Source: Alphaproteobacteria bacterium (GTDB taxonomy: Bacteria > Pseudomonadota > Alphaproteobacteria > UBA828). From it: a DNA stretch of 64,000 nt. Positions 39,934 to 50,516 of the stretch are shown here, one piece after another (positions within the stretch are counted from its first letter, which is position 1; every line of letters starts with the position of its first letter). A model generated the notes under the pieces. That model ran no database searches, was not told the origin of the DNA, and saw nothing but the letters and a program-made list of their open reading frames with translations. The position numbers were made by a program, and so were the translations under genes. The stretch is taken from positions 2,507,965 to 2,571,964 of the forward strand of contig OZ241738.1 of assembly GCA_965200925.1 (NCBI GenBank), read 5' to 3'.

Positions 39934-41706
39934 TCACCCTTCCAGCTCGTAGACTTCGATGTCGGCGTCGCGACCGCGTACGGGATAGCGGCCACGAAAG
40001 GCGAGGACGGCGTGCCGGGACGAGAGCATCGCCGTTTCCCCGCTCAGCAGGACGGCGACTTCGCTGCCAACCGCCGCCTCTTTGCAGAGTTGCTCGAGCC
40101 GGGCGGCGACGTTCACCGTGTCGCCGATCAGCGTGTAGTTGACCCTGCCTTCCGCGCCGACATTGCCGACGATCGCGGGCCCCGTGTGGATGCCGATCCG
40201 CATCGCGACCGCGTCGGCCCCGGCCGCGCGGCGGCGCGCGTTCTCCGCCGTAACGTTCGCGCGGATGGCGGCAGCGACACGGAACGCCCGGTCGGCCGCG
40301 TTCGCGCTGTCTTCTTCCCAGAAGGCCATGAGCGAATCGCCAATATATTTATCGACCGTGCCGCCCTCCGCCTCGATGCAGCCGACCAGGATGGTGAAGT
40401 GCGCGTTCAGGAGACGCGCCACCCCCGCCGGCGGCATCCGCTCCGACAGGGTCGAGAAGCCCGCGATGTCCGTGAACATCACGGTCACCTGTTTCTCCTC
40501 CGAGACCACCGGTGCATCGCGCTCGACGAGGCGGCGGACGAGCTGCCGCGGCACGTAAGTTTCGAACCAGCACAGACCAGCGACCATCCTGTTGAAGGCG
40601 CGGGCGGCCTCGTCCAGCTCGCGCACCCGGCTGGGCTTCAGCGGAGCGACACGGCCGAATTCGAGCGCCGCCACCGAGCCCGCCGCCGCGGCGAGCGCCT
40701 TGACGGGGGCGCTGACGCGGCGCCCGAGGAAGACGGCGATGGCTACGCTCACCAGGATGACGACGCTGCCTGCGATGCCGGCCGCGATCAGGCGGTTCCA
40801 CTCGACGCCGAACCCATCTTCCGGGCCGACGTAAATCCCGACCGTCAGCGGCACCTGACCGAGGTCGTCGAGCCGCGTGTGGACGAACCCGTACTCGTCG
40901 CCGTCGATCGTCACCGCGTGCCCGCTCACCCTCTCGCCGAGATCGATGAGCAATTCCCGGAAGTCCGGGTTGTGGAAACGGGCGAGGACACGATCGCCCA
41001 CCTCATCCAGCCGCGGCAGAGGGATGTCCTTGTCCCGCCGGTAGGAGCCGCCCGCCATGTTGCGATGCGCGAGCACATGGTCATCGCCGTAGAGGATGAA
41101 CAGGTTGCCGCCGAGGGCGTCCCCGCCGGCGATGAGACGCGACAGTTCGCCGACGGTGACCGCCGACAGCAGCACGCCCAGATAGCGGTCGCCTTCCCAC
41201 ACCGGCGTCCGCACCGTGAGAAGCGTCGAGCCGACGAGGTCCTCCCATACCGCGCCGCTCCAGAACGGCCGGCGCGGACGATTCCGCGCGTCGGCCAGGG
41301 CGGTGGCCAGCTCCGGCAGGTCGGCGACATGCGCCTCTTCGGAAACGCCGCGCCCCCGGAGAACGCGCACGATCCTGCCGTCGGTGTGCACGAATCCCAT
41401 GCCCAGGATCTGCCGGGCCGCCGCCGCCGTCGTCAGCAGCGCCTGCGCGAAGCGCTCGTCGTCCGCGGGGTCGAGCCGGCCGGACTCGATCATGCCCGCG
41501 ATATAGGAATTCGCGTCCTCGACCGGCCGCAGATGGCCGCGGATTTGCCGGACGAAAGAGAAGATGGCGAGCCGCGCGCCGTCTTCGAGCAGCGCCAGCG
41601 TGTTCCTCTGGGCGGTCCACAGGGAGATGCCCTGTACGAGCGCCATGCCGACCACGATCAGCAGCCCGAAACCCGTCACCAGCACCGTCGTGATCGATGG
41701 CTTCAT
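39934..41706 (-). CDS. Membrane adenylate/guanylate cyclase (periplasmic sensor, HAMP, class III catalytic domain)
   Basis: Two TM helices; TVMFTDIAGFS, VDKYIGDSLMA, RIGIHTG, YTLIGDTVNVAARLE. Confidence 0.93.
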   Translation of the reverse strand: MKPSITTVLVTGFGLLIVVGMALVQGISLWTAQRNTLALLEDGARLAIFSFVRQIRGHLRPVEDANSYIAGMIESGRLDPADDERFAQALLTTAAAARQILGMGFVHTDGRIVRVLRGRGVSEEAHVADLPELATALADARNRPRRPFWSGAVWEDLVGSTLLTVRTPVWEGDRYLGVLLSAVTVGELSRLIAGGDALGGNLFILYGDDHVLAHRNMAGGSYRRDKDIPLPRLDEVGDRVLARFHNPDFRELLIDLGERVSGHAVTIDGDEYGFVHTRLDDLGQVPLTVGIYVGPEDGFGVEWNRLIAAGIAGSVVILVSVAIAVFLGRRVSAPVKALAAAAGSVAALEFGRVAPLKPSRVRELDEAARAFNRMVAGLCWFETYVPRQLVRRLVERDAPVVSEEKQVTVMFTDIAGFSTLSERMPPAGVARLLNAHFTILVGCIEAEGGTVDKYIGDSLMAFWEEDSANAADRAFRVAAAIRANVTAENARRRAAGADAVAMRIGIHTGPAIVGNVGAEGRVNYTLIGDTVNVAARLEQLCKEAAVGSEVAVLLSGETAMLSSRHAVLAFRGRYPVRGRDADIEVYELEG

Positions 41707-41801
41707 CCGGAGGCCCCCCGTCCACGGCGCGATCATAGGGGAAGGCGCGCCGAAACCGGACGGACCGAAGCGGGCCGCCCCTCGCCCCGGGGGGCCCCGT
41801 G

Positions 41802-43538
41802 TCAGAGGGGCACCGTTCCGCGTTCCCGCGAGGGGACGAGGATGTCGAGATCGCAGCCGCGGTCGGCCTGTTCGACATGGGCCAGGTGGAGGGCGAGGTA
41901 ACCGCGTTCGGCGCCGGACGGCGGGGGCGGCGGGCGCCAAGCCGCGGCGCGCGCGTTCAGGGTCTCTTGCGAGACGTCCAGCACGAGCGACCGCGCCGCC
42001 ACGTCGAGCGCGATCGAATCGCCGGTCTCGACCAGGGCGAGCGGCCCGCCGACCGCCGCCTCGGGGCTGGCGTGGAGCACCACGGTGCCGAAGGCGGTGC
42101 CGCTCATGCGGGCGTCTGAAATGCGCACCATGTCCTTGACGCCGGCCGCCGCGAGCTTGCGGGGGATCGGGATGTAGCCGGCCTCCGGCATCCCAGGCGC
42201 GCCCTTGGGCCCGGCGTTGCGCAGGACCAGGACGTCGTCCGGAGTCACGTCGAGCGCGGGATCGTCGATCCGTGCCGCCACGTCGGCCACCGAGTCGAAG
42301 ACCACGGCGCGCCCGGTGTGGCGGCAGAGTGCGGGCGTGGCCGCGGACTGCTTGACGATGGCGCCGCCCGGCGCGAGGTTGCCGCGCAGCACGGCGATGC
42401 CGCCTTCCGGGTGGATCGGGGCGCCGCGCCCGCGCACCACCGCCTGCGCCCAGGGGGCGGGGGCGGCCTCGATCTCCGCGCCGAGGGTGCGCCCGGTTAC
42501 GGTCAGGCAGTCGAGATGGAGCCGGGGCGCCAGCGCGCGCAGGACGGGTGCCAAGCCGCCAGCCCGGTTCAGGTCCTCCATGTAGTGGCGGCCGGAGGGC
42601 TTGAGGTCCACCAGCACCGGAGTCTCCCGACCGAGCCGGTCGAGGCCGTCCAGGTCGAAGGCGAAGCCGAGGCGCCCGGCCAGGGCCGCGAGATGGATCA
42701 CGGCGTTGGTCGAGCCGCCGATCGCGAGCATCACCTGGAGCGCGTTGGTGAGGGCAGCCGGAGTCAGAATGCGGTCGGGCGTCAGCCCCTCGCCCGCAAG
42801 GGCCACGGCGCGGGCGCCGGTCTCGCGGGCGATGCGGAAGCGGTCGGCGAGTACCGCCGGAATCGCCGCACCGCCCGGCAACATCATGCCGAGGGCCTCG
42901 GTGACGCAGGCCATGGTGCTCGCCGTCCCCATCACCATGCAGGTCCCGGCCGAAGGCATGAGCCGGCCGCCGATTTCGTTGATCTCAGCCTCGTCGATCC
43001 GCCCGCCCCGATGCTCGCTCCAGTAGCGCCGGCAATCGGTGCAGGCGCCCAGCCGCTCGCCCCGGTGGCTGCCGGTCAGCATCGGGCCGGTGACCAGATG
43101 GATGGCCGGGCGGTTGGCACTCGCGGCGGCCATGAGCTGGGCCGGCACGGTCTTGTCGCAGCCGCCGATCAGCACCACGGCGTCGAGCGGATGCGCGCGG
43201 ATCATCTCCTCCGTGTCCATCGCCATGAGGTTGCGGAAGAGCATGGTCGTCGGGTTCATGAAGGGCTCGCCGAGCGCGATGGTCGGGAAGGCCAGCGGCA
43301 GCCCGCCGGCGGCCAGCACGCCGCGCTTCACCGCCTCCACCAGTTGCGGCACGGTGCCATGGCAGCTCACCAGGTCGCCCGCCACCGAGGCGATGCCGAT
43401 CACCGGCCGGTCCAGCTCGGATTCGGTGTAGCCCATCGATTTCGCGAACGCCTTGCGCAGGAACAGTGAGAAGGCGGGATCGCCGTAATCGGTGAGCGCG
43501 CGCCCGAGCCCGGTCGCGCCTTTCGTCGTTTTCGCCAT
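41802..43538 (-). CDS. IlvD/Edd family dehydratase (likely sugar-acid dehydratase)
   Basis: GGCDKT, GTCMVMGTASTM, GGSTNA, GAPGMPE, SDARMSGT. Confidence 0.93.
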   Translation of the reverse strand: MAKTTKGATGLGRALTDYGDPAFSLFLRKAFAKSMGYTESELDRPVIGIASVAGDLVSCHGTVPQLVEAVKRGVLAAGGLPLAFPTIALGEPFMNPTTMLFRNLMAMDTEEMIRAHPLDAVVLIGGCDKTVPAQLMAAASANRPAIHLVTGPMLTGSHRGERLGACTDCRRYWSEHRGGRIDEAEINEIGGRLMPSAGTCMVMGTASTMACVTEALGMMLPGGAAIPAVLADRFRIARETGARAVALAGEGLTPDRILTPAALTNALQVMLAIGGSTNAVIHLAALAGRLGFAFDLDGLDRLGRETPVLVDLKPSGRHYMEDLNRAGGLAPVLRALAPRLHLDCLTVTGRTLGAEIEAAPAPWAQAVVRGRGAPIHPEGGIAVLRGNLAPGGAIVKQSAATPALCRHTGRAVVFDSVADVAARIDDPALDVTPDDVLVLRNAGPKGAPGMPEAGYIPIPRKLAAAGVKDMVRISDARMSGTAFGTVVLHASPEAAVGGPLALVETGDSIALDVAARSLVLDVSQETLNARAAAWRPPPPPSGAERGYLALHLAHVEQADRGCDLDILVPSRERGTVPL

Positions 43539-43590
43539 CGCTCCGTCCGCTACTCCGCCGATACCGCCCCCTCGCTCCGGCGGCGGGCGG

Positions 43591-44406
43591 TCACTCGGGA
43601 ATCAGCCCGCAGCTGACGCCGCCATCGATGGTGAGCGCGATTCCGGTGATCCACGTGGCCTCGTCCGAGGCGAGATAGACGAAGCCGCCGGCGACCGAAG
43701 CCGGGTCGCCTACGCCGAGGGGATGGAGCTTTTCGAGCCGCGCCGCGAACCCCTCCGGGTCGTCGAGTCGGGAGAGGTGGTAGTCGACCATCGGCGTCCG
43801 CACCCAGCCGGGGCAGATGCAGTTGACCCGGATGCGGTCTTTGGCGCCGTCCAGCGCCAGGCATTTCGTCAGCGTGACGACGGCGCCCTTGGAGGTCCCG
43901 TAGGCCACCTGACCGGGGGTTCCGATCAGCCCGGCGATTGAGGCGGTGTTCAGGATCACGCCCCCGCCGCGCGCGCGCATATGGCCCCAGATCGCCTTGG
44001 CCGTCCGGTAGATGCTGGTGACGTTGACGTCGAGCTGGCGATCCCAGTCCGCGCGCGCCACGTCCTCCGCGGTGCCGATCACCGCCTGGCCGGCGTTGTT
44101 GATCAGGATGTCGACATGGCCGAGCGCTTCGATGGCGCCGACGACGAGTGCCGCCACGTCGTCGTCCCGCGTGACGTCGGCCGCGATGGCGACGGCGGCC
44201 CCGCCCCGATCCTCGATCGCGCGTGCGGTGGCGGCGTTGTCTTCGGCGTCGAGGCCCGCGCAGACGACCGCCGCGCCCTCCCGCGCGAAGCGCTCCGCCG
44301 TCGCCCGGCCGATGCCGGAGCCGGCGCCGGTGACGATCGCCGTCTTGCCCGCGAGCCGCCGCGTCTCCGGCGTGCGTCGCTCGCCCTCGCAATCGCCCGT
44401 CGGCAT
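43591..44406 (-). CDS. SDR family oxidoreductase
   Basis: TGAGSGIG, NNAG, YGTSK, VNCICPG. Confidence 0.93.
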   Translation of the reverse strand: MPTGDCEGERRTPETRRLAGKTAIVTGAGSGIGRATAERFAREGAAVVCAGLDAEDNAATARAIEDRGGAAVAIAADVTRDDDVAALVVGAIEALGHVDILINNAGQAVIGTAEDVARADWDRQLDVNVTSIYRTAKAIWGHMRARGGGVILNTASIAGLIGTPGQVAYGTSKGAVVTLTKCLALDGAKDRIRVNCICPGWVRTPMVDYHLSRLDDPEGFAARLEKLHPLGVGDPASVAGGFVYLASDEATWITGIALTIDGGVSCGLIPE

Positions 44407-44500
44407 GGTTCCTCCCCGGCCCCGCGGCGCGGCCGACCATAGCGGCCCTCTCCCGGGCCGGCAAAGCCTCGCCGGTGCGCGTGGGCTACCGGCCGCCGTC

Positions 44501-47011
44501 CTATTCGGCGAGCGCGGCGGGGAATTCGTCCTTGCTGAACACCAGACGGAAGGTGCCCTTGGCCGGGCCGTCCTGCACGGTCATCGTGCCGCAATTGAAC
44601 GCGCCCTGGAGGGTGTCCAGCACGTGCTTCTTGTACGCGGTCTCCGCGTTGTCCAGATGGACGCCCTTGGTCTCGAACACCAGCACGTGCGGCTTGCCCC
44701 CGGATTCTCCGGCGAGTGCCACGAAATCGGGCCATATGCGGTCGCGTTTCCAGCCCTTCAGATAGTAATCGCCGCCTTGGCGCGCGGCGATCCGGTGCCA
44801 CCATCGCAGCGCCCGTTGTTCGTCGAGATAGCGCGCGAAATTGCGCTCCAGGCCGGAATCGAACTGGTGCATGAAGACCGGCTCGAACAGGTTGAGCTGG
44901 AGGGGTGCACCGCTCTTCCGGGCGAGCAGGCCCGCGTCCTCGGGCACGGCGATTTCGTAGGTCTCGACCATGCGGAAATTGCGTTGGCCGGCATTGAGAT
45001 CGAAGCAGATGTCGCCCCGCCCGAGCTTGTCGCGGAAGACGCGCTCCGCCTGTCTTTCCACCTCGCGGCTCGCATGCCGCCGCAACTCGTAGGCCAGCCA
45101 GCCGCGCCGGTCGTATATCGCCCCGTCCGTTTCGCCGTCGGCGCGCAGATTGGCGACCAAGCGTTGTGCGATGCGCGCCGCCTGCCAGGTGTTCGGAACC
45201 GTGTCCGACAGGCGGCGGACGAACCATGACAGCCGGACGGTCTTGTCGACCTCCAATACGCGATCGGCGTGGACAGAGAGCGGCGAGTCGCCGATATCGA
45301 CGGCGGCCGACTGGCGCAGCGCGGCTTCGGCCTGGCTGTCGCGCGGGTCCGGCGCGTCGATCGAAGCCCAGTCGATTTCAGGCAGGATATGGCGCGTATA
45401 GTCGAGCTCGCGCCAGTCCTCCCCGTCACAGTGCAGCACCCGGGGCAGGAAAATGTCCTGCTCGCGGAATGCCTCGCGCCGGCGGACTGTCACGCGGTTC
45501 GCGCTGCCGGTACCGGAAGCGACGTCGCCGACGAAGACGTCGCCGCCCAGACCGGTCAGCCCCTCGGCCTCCAGCCCGCGCTTGACGGACTCCACCGCCT
45601 CGCCCACATCGGTGTTCCAGCAGAAGACACGGCAGGTGTCGAGGGCCTCCCGGCCGGTGCGCCGCGCGTGCGGCTGGCGCATGACGCGGCCGACCAGCTG
45701 GGTGAGGGCGCGCTTGGCGGTGGTGTTGTCCAGGATCGCCAGCACATAGGCGAAGGGGCAGTCCCACCCTTCCATCAGGGCGGCGCGGGTGATGATCCAG
45801 CGCACCGGCGTATAGGGCGAGAGGAGATCGACCCGGGCGAGCTCGTCGCGTTCCGCCGATTTCACCGCGATGGCGCGTTCGGGCACGCCCAGGCCGCGAA
45901 TCAGATATTCGCGCACGTCCTCGGCGTGGACATGCTTGCCGTCGCGTTGTTTGGTGCCGGTGCGCTCCACGCGCGCCACCGCGATCGGGCGGATGTAGCG
46001 GCCCGTGCGCGCTTCCAGATCCCGCGCCTCGTCGTCGAGCCGTTCGAGCGCGTCGTGCGCCTGCTCCAGCACGTACTTCCATGCGACTCCGGTGAACGAT
46101 TCCACCTGCACCGGCAGTTTGATCATCTCCTCGGCCTTCAGCTCGGCACCGCCGATGTCCACCAGCAGGTTGCTGATGCCCTCGTTGGGGGTGGCGGAGA
46201 GCTCGATGACCATGCGCGGGTCGAGGCGGCTGACCGCGCGCGCGAATTCCTCGCCCGTCTCGCGCTTCCTGCCGTAGGCCTTGTGCGCCTCGTCGAGCAC
46301 CACCACGGGGCGCAACATCTTGAAGACATTGAACAGGCTGTGCTTGATCGGGCCGCCCGCCGCCGCGCGCTCCAGGTCGGGGTGGGCGGCCAGCAGGCGC
46401 GCTTCGCCCGGCGCGTCGTCCTCCGCCGGGAACAGGCTGGGGTAGCGCGCGGAATCGCGGAACATGCGGAGGAACTCCCGCCCCTTTCGCCGGTTGGCGG
46501 CGGGCAGCATCAGCAGCATGACGCAGTGGTAGTTCGCCGCGTCGAGCGCCGAGAACCGATCGTCCTTTTCCAGCAGCTTGACCCGGCGGCCGCTGGCGCG
46601 GTCCAGCATCTGGCGGCAGGGGTGCTGGCGGTCGCGCAGCGCGGCCCGGGTTTGCGCGTAGATGGCGCGGGACGGCACGACCCACAGCGTCAGCCCGGTC
46701 TGGCGGTGGAGCCGCGCCAGCGCGGCGGCGGCGATCAGGGTTTTGCCGCCGCCTGTCGGAATCTTGAGGCAGATATGCGGGATGGGGCGCCCCGCGTCGT
46801 CGGAGCGGTGCACGTGCCTAGCCAAGCCGTCCGACTCCGCCAGCATCTCCCAGGCTCGCGACGGCCAGTCGTGCAGCGAGTCGGGGACCTCCGCCCCGGC
46901 CGCTTCCAGCGCCGCGATGGCCTTGTGCGATTCGCGCGCCGCGGCCTCGAGCGCGTCGCGCCAGCGCACAAACGCTTCCAGCACGCGAATCTGGTATTCC
47001 TTCAAATCCAT
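44501..47011 (-). CDS. Type III restriction enzyme Res subunit
   Basis: PTGGGKT, VLDEAH, SATP, EGWDCP, QLVGRVMR, C-terminal PDFV...FETKG nuclease motif. Confidence 0.9.
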   Translation of the reverse strand: MDLKEYQIRVLEAFVRWRDALEAAARESHKAIAALEAAGAEVPDSLHDWPSRAWEMLAESDGLARHVHRSDDAGRPIPHICLKIPTGGGKTLIAAAALARLHRQTGLTLWVVPSRAIYAQTRAALRDRQHPCRQMLDRASGRRVKLLEKDDRFSALDAANYHCVMLLMLPAANRRKGREFLRMFRDSARYPSLFPAEDDAPGEARLLAAHPDLERAAAGGPIKHSLFNVFKMLRPVVVLDEAHKAYGRKRETGEEFARAVSRLDPRMVIELSATPNEGISNLLVDIGGAELKAEEMIKLPVQVESFTGVAWKYVLEQAHDALERLDDEARDLEARTGRYIRPIAVARVERTGTKQRDGKHVHAEDVREYLIRGLGVPERAIAVKSAERDELARVDLLSPYTPVRWIITRAALMEGWDCPFAYVLAILDNTTAKRALTQLVGRVMRQPHARRTGREALDTCRVFCWNTDVGEAVESVKRGLEAEGLTGLGGDVFVGDVASGTGSANRVTVRRREAFREQDIFLPRVLHCDGEDWRELDYTRHILPEIDWASIDAPDPRDSQAEAALRQSAAVDIGDSPLSVHADRVLEVDKTVRLSWFVRRLSDTVPNTWQAARIAQRLVANLRADGETDGAIYDRRGWLAYELRRHASREVERQAERVFRDKLGRGDICFDLNAGQRNFRMVETYEIAVPEDAGLLARKSGAPLQLNLFEPVFMHQFDSGLERNFARYLDEQRALRWWHRIAARQGGDYYLKGWKRDRIWPDFVALAGESGGKPHVLVFETKGVHLDNAETAYKKHVLDTLQGAFNCGTMTVQDGPAKGTFRLVFSKDEFPAALAE

Positions 47012-47063
47012 CGCGACGCTCCCGGGAAAACCGCGGGCGATCGACGCGCGAACAGGTTCGGGG

Positions 47064-48812
47064 TCAGGTTTCCACTCCCGTTCCCTGGCCCTTGCCGAGC
47101 AGTTCCCAGGGCAGCTGGCAGAAGAGGATGCCCATCGGCGTCAGCTCGCTCTGGAGGATGTATTTCCCCGCCCCGAAGACGACCGCTTTCTTTCCGCCCG
47201 CCCGGTTGGCGGCCTCGATGCGCTCGGCGCGTTCCGTGTTCAGCATGGCGTCGTGTCCGCGCAGATATTCGAGGTCCGGCTCGTAAAGCAGGTAATAATC
47301 TGTCGTATCGCCTTCGTGGAACAACCCGGCCTCGTTCAGCGGCGTGAGGTCGTCGGGGCCGGCGGACACGCCGGTCGCGGTGTGCAACAGATAGGCGGCG
47401 AGCGCGGGCCAGGGGGGCAACGCCTCGCCGGTCAGCATCGCGTCCAGTTCGGTCGGCGGGCCGAGCGTGCAATAGGCGAAGGAACCGCTCAGTCCCTCGC
47501 GCAAGGCGGCGTCCCTGGCGCCCGGAACGCCGCGAATGACGCGGCGCACCCGCTCGGCGCAGACGGTATCGGCATGGTCTTCGCATTCGATCAGGATGAA
47601 TTTGCGGTTGCCGCCGTCCTCCTTGTTGAGCGCCAGCACGGCATGGGCCGTCGTGCCGCTGCCGGCGAAGGAATCGAGCACGATATCGTTATCCGATGCA
47701 ACCAATTCGAGTATTCTGCTGATGACTCGTTCGTCCTTCGGATAATCGAATTGTTCATCGGGAAGGATTTTCACCAGATTCTTATGCGCCGCGCGGCGAT
47801 CCTGATAGAATACGCTTGTCAAGACTTGACCATCCGTTTCATGCAGATAGCGCTTGAGATTGGGAACGCGCGACTCATCCGGGCCGAAATGGACGCGATC
47901 CTCTTCTATAGCCTTCATCATCGTTTCTTGAAGGGGGAATCTCCAACCCCCGGCGGGAATTTTGACCGGGTTTCCGGTTTTCGGATGTAAGACTTCGTAT
48001 TGTGGTCCGCCACTGCCGGGCCACGAAATGTCACCGGCGAAATACACTCCTCTTTCATCGATCCAATTGTAGTGTCGATGCACCCAAGACTTGTGTTTTT
48101 TGTCGAGAGACGAAAACCAATCCTTGAGTTCTTCCGAAGCCGAGGTGAAATCGTCGAGATGCGTTTCTTTCAATTCCTTGGCGACTCGATAAATTTCGGC
48201 GATCCCTTCTTTCTGTACTCGCCAGCGATTGCCATTGGCGCTCAACGACTCCATCTCTCTCGCATAACACAAGATGTAATCGTGTCCCACCGATATGAAG
48301 CGCGCGTCGTTCTTCCCTGTTCCTTCCCAAACGAAGGTTCCGACGAAATTCCCCTCTCCGAAAATCTCGTCCATCACCATCCGCAGATGGTGGCATTCGT
48401 TGTCGTCCACCGAAACGAAGATCGCTCCATCTTCCGCCAGCAATTCCTTGAGCAGCTGCAAGCGCGGCCACATCATGCAGAGCCATTTTTCATGGCGCTC
48501 CATGTCCTCACCGTCCACTCGGCCGTTCTGCGCCAGCCACGCCCGCATCAGCGGGCTGTTCACCTTGTCGTTGTAGCACCAGCCCTCGTTGCCGGTGTTG
48601 TAGGGCGGGTCGATATAGACGCACTTCACCCGGTCGGCGTAGCGCGGGATCAGCGCCCGCAAGGCCTCGAGATTGTCGCCGTGGATGATCAGATTGCCGT
48701 CGGCCCCGTTGGCATTCAGCGAACGGTCGGCGTCGGGGAGCAGCGGGCGGTAGGGCACCGTCAGATGGTGGGCGTAGATCTGCTGCTTGCCCTTGAAATC
48801 GAGCGTCGGCAT
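47064..48812 (-). CDS. Type III R-M Mod subunit (N6-adenine methyltransferase)
   Basis: IHGDNLEAL, YIDPPYNTG, YPKD, VLDSFAGSGTTAHAV; GGGAGGG RBS. Confidence 0.93.
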   Translation of the reverse strand: MPTLDFKGKQQIYAHHLTVPYRPLLPDADRSLNANGADGNLIIHGDNLEALRALIPRYADRVKCVYIDPPYNTGNEGWCYNDKVNSPLMRAWLAQNGRVDGEDMERHEKWLCMMWPRLQLLKELLAEDGAIFVSVDDNECHHLRMVMDEIFGEGNFVGTFVWEGTGKNDARFISVGHDYILCYAREMESLSANGNRWRVQKEGIAEIYRVAKELKETHLDDFTSASEELKDWFSSLDKKHKSWVHRHYNWIDERGVYFAGDISWPGSGGPQYEVLHPKTGNPVKIPAGGWRFPLQETMMKAIEEDRVHFGPDESRVPNLKRYLHETDGQVLTSVFYQDRRAAHKNLVKILPDEQFDYPKDERVISRILELVASDNDIVLDSFAGSGTTAHAVLALNKEDGGNRKFILIECEDHADTVCAERVRRVIRGVPGARDAALREGLSGSFAYCTLGPPTELDAMLTGEALPPWPALAAYLLHTATGVSAGPDDLTPLNEAGLFHEGDTTDYYLLYEPDLEYLRGHDAMLNTERAERIEAANRAGGKKAVVFGAGKYILQSELTPMGILFCQLPWELLGKGQGTGVET

Positions 48813-48876
48813 GACGGCCCTCCCTTCGGCGCCCGTGACCATAGCCGCTTGCCCGTGCACCGGCAACGGGAAATTA

Positions 48877-48891
48877 GAACAAACGAGGAAA
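48877..48891 (-). promoter_or_regulatory. LexA-box-like motif upstream of mod
   Basis: TTTC-CTCGTTT-GTTC on the minus strand, one mismatch to alphaproteobacterial GTTC-N7-GTTC. Confidence 0.35.
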
Positions 48892-48943
48892 TTTCTCGCA
48901 GACGCGGTTGACTCGGGCGCGGGCGAGGCGATAGGGCGGGCGC

Positions 48944-49759
48944 ATGAGGCTGCGGGAGAAGCGCGCGATCGTGACCGGCGGCGGGCGCGGTATCGGCCGC
49001 GCGATCGGTCGCCGTTTCGCGGCCGAGGGCGCGCATGTCCTGCTCGCCGACATCGACGGGGAACGCGCCGCCTCTGCCGCCGCGGAGATCGCGGAGGCCG
49101 GAGGGCAGGCCGATTCGTGCGCGGCCGATCTCGGCACGGTCGCGGGCGCAGACCGTCTGTTCGAGACGGCGCGCGCCTCCTTCGGCGAGCGGCTGGACGT
49201 CCTGATCAACAACGCCGGGATCGCCCATCACGGCGCCTTCCTGGCGCTCTCCCTGGAGGACTGGGAGCGCGTCCTGCGCAACAACCTGACCAGCGCCTTC
49301 CTCTGCGCCCAGCGGGCGGCGCGGATCATGGCGGCGCACGGGGGCGGCGGGCGGATCGTCAACATCGGCTCGATCTCCGGGCAGCGCGGCAGCTACGGGC
49401 GCACGGCCTACGGAGTCGCCAAGGCGGGCCTCCACCAGATGACGCGGATCATGGCAGTCGAGCTGGGCCCGCGGAACATCACCGTCAACGCCATCGCGCC
49501 CGGCCCCATCGACACCGGCATCACCAGCTTCGGGCCCGATCAGGAGCGCCGCTACCTGGAGCGTATCCCGCTCGAACGCTTCGGCCAGGCCCCCGACGTG
49601 GCCGGCGCGGCGCTGTTCCTCGCGAGCGCCGACGCGGCCTACGTCACCGGCGGCGTGGTGAACGTGGATGGCGGCTTCGACGCCGCGGGGCTGATCTTCA
49701 GCTATACCGAGCTGACCACCGTCAAGAGCGACGTGCGCGACCCGGCGAAGAGCGACTGA
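48944..49759 (+). CDS. SDR family oxidoreductase
   Basis: TGGGRGIG, NNAG, YGVAK, VNAIAPG. Confidence 0.93.
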   Translation: MRLREKRAIVTGGGRGIGRAIGRRFAAEGAHVLLADIDGERAASAAAEIAEAGGQADSCAADLGTVAGADRLFETARASFGERLDVLINNAGIAHHGAFLALSLEDWERVLRNNLTSAFLCAQRAARIMAAHGGGGRIVNIGSISGQRGSYGRTAYGVAKAGLHQMTRIMAVELGPRNITVNAIAPGPIDTGITSFGPDQERRYLERIPLERFGQAPDVAGAALFLASADAAYVTGGVVNVDGGFDAAGLIFSYTELTTVKSDVRDPAKSD

Positions 49760-50511
49760 TGCGCGTTTCCGAAAGCGTCGCCCTCGTCACCGGCGCCGCC
49801 GGCGGCATCGGCCGCGCTCTGGTGGCGGAACTGGCCGCTCGCCGCGCCCGCCGCATCCTCGCCGCCGACCTGCCGGGGCCGCTCGCCGGGGCGGCGTTCC
49901 CGGCGGGAGGCCCCGTCGCGCCGCTCCCCCTCGACGTGACGGACGAAGCGGCCGTCCGCGCCGCCGCGGCCGCCCACCCCGGCGTCACGCTGGTGGTCAA
50001 CAACGCCGCGATCGTGCATTTCGAGGGGATCGTCGGCGCGCCAAGCCTCGCCGGCGCGCGCGCGTTGTTCGAGGTCAATTTCTGGGGCTACCTTCACGTC
50101 GCGCGCGCCTTCGCCCCGCTGCTGGCGCGGAACGGCGGCGGCGCCCTGGTCAACGTGCTCTCCGAGGTGGCGCGGGCGAGCGCGCCGTTCGTCGGCCCCT
50201 ATTCCGCGAGCAAGGCCGCGGCGTGGTCGGCGACCCAGGCCATGCGGGCCGAACTTCGCGCGCAAGGCACCCACGTGCTCGCCGTCTTCCCGAGCTCCAC
50301 CGACACGCCCATGCTGGCCGGCATCGGCGGCGACAAGCAGCCAGCGGAAGCGGTGGCGCGCAGCCTGCTCGACGCGCTGGAGGAGGGGAGGGAGGACGTC
50401 TCGATCGGCGCCCACTCGGTCGAGATCGAGGCATCGATGCGGCGCGACCCGAAGGCGGTCGAACGCGAATTCGCGGCCTTCCTCCCCGGCGCGCCGGCCA
50501 TCCCCGATTAG
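49759..50511 (+). CDS. SDR family oxidoreductase
   Basis: MRVSESVALVTGAAGGIG, VNNAA, YSASK; TGATG overlap. Confidence 0.9.
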   Translation: MRVSESVALVTGAAGGIGRALVAELAARRARRILAADLPGPLAGAAFPAGGPVAPLPLDVTDEAAVRAAAAAHPGVTLVVNNAAIVHFEGIVGAPSLAGARALFEVNFWGYLHVARAFAPLLARNGGGALVNVLSEVARASAPFVGPYSASKAAAWSATQAMRAELRAQGTHVLAVFPSSTDTPMLAGIGGDKQPAEAVARSLLDALEEGREDVSIGAHSVEIEASMRRDPKAVEREFAAFLPGAPAIPD

Positions 50512-50516
50512 GGGGC

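Noticed and set aside
47064-48812. Phase-variable mod gene (phasevarion)
   Set aside because: No simple sequence repeat seen in or upstream of the ORF
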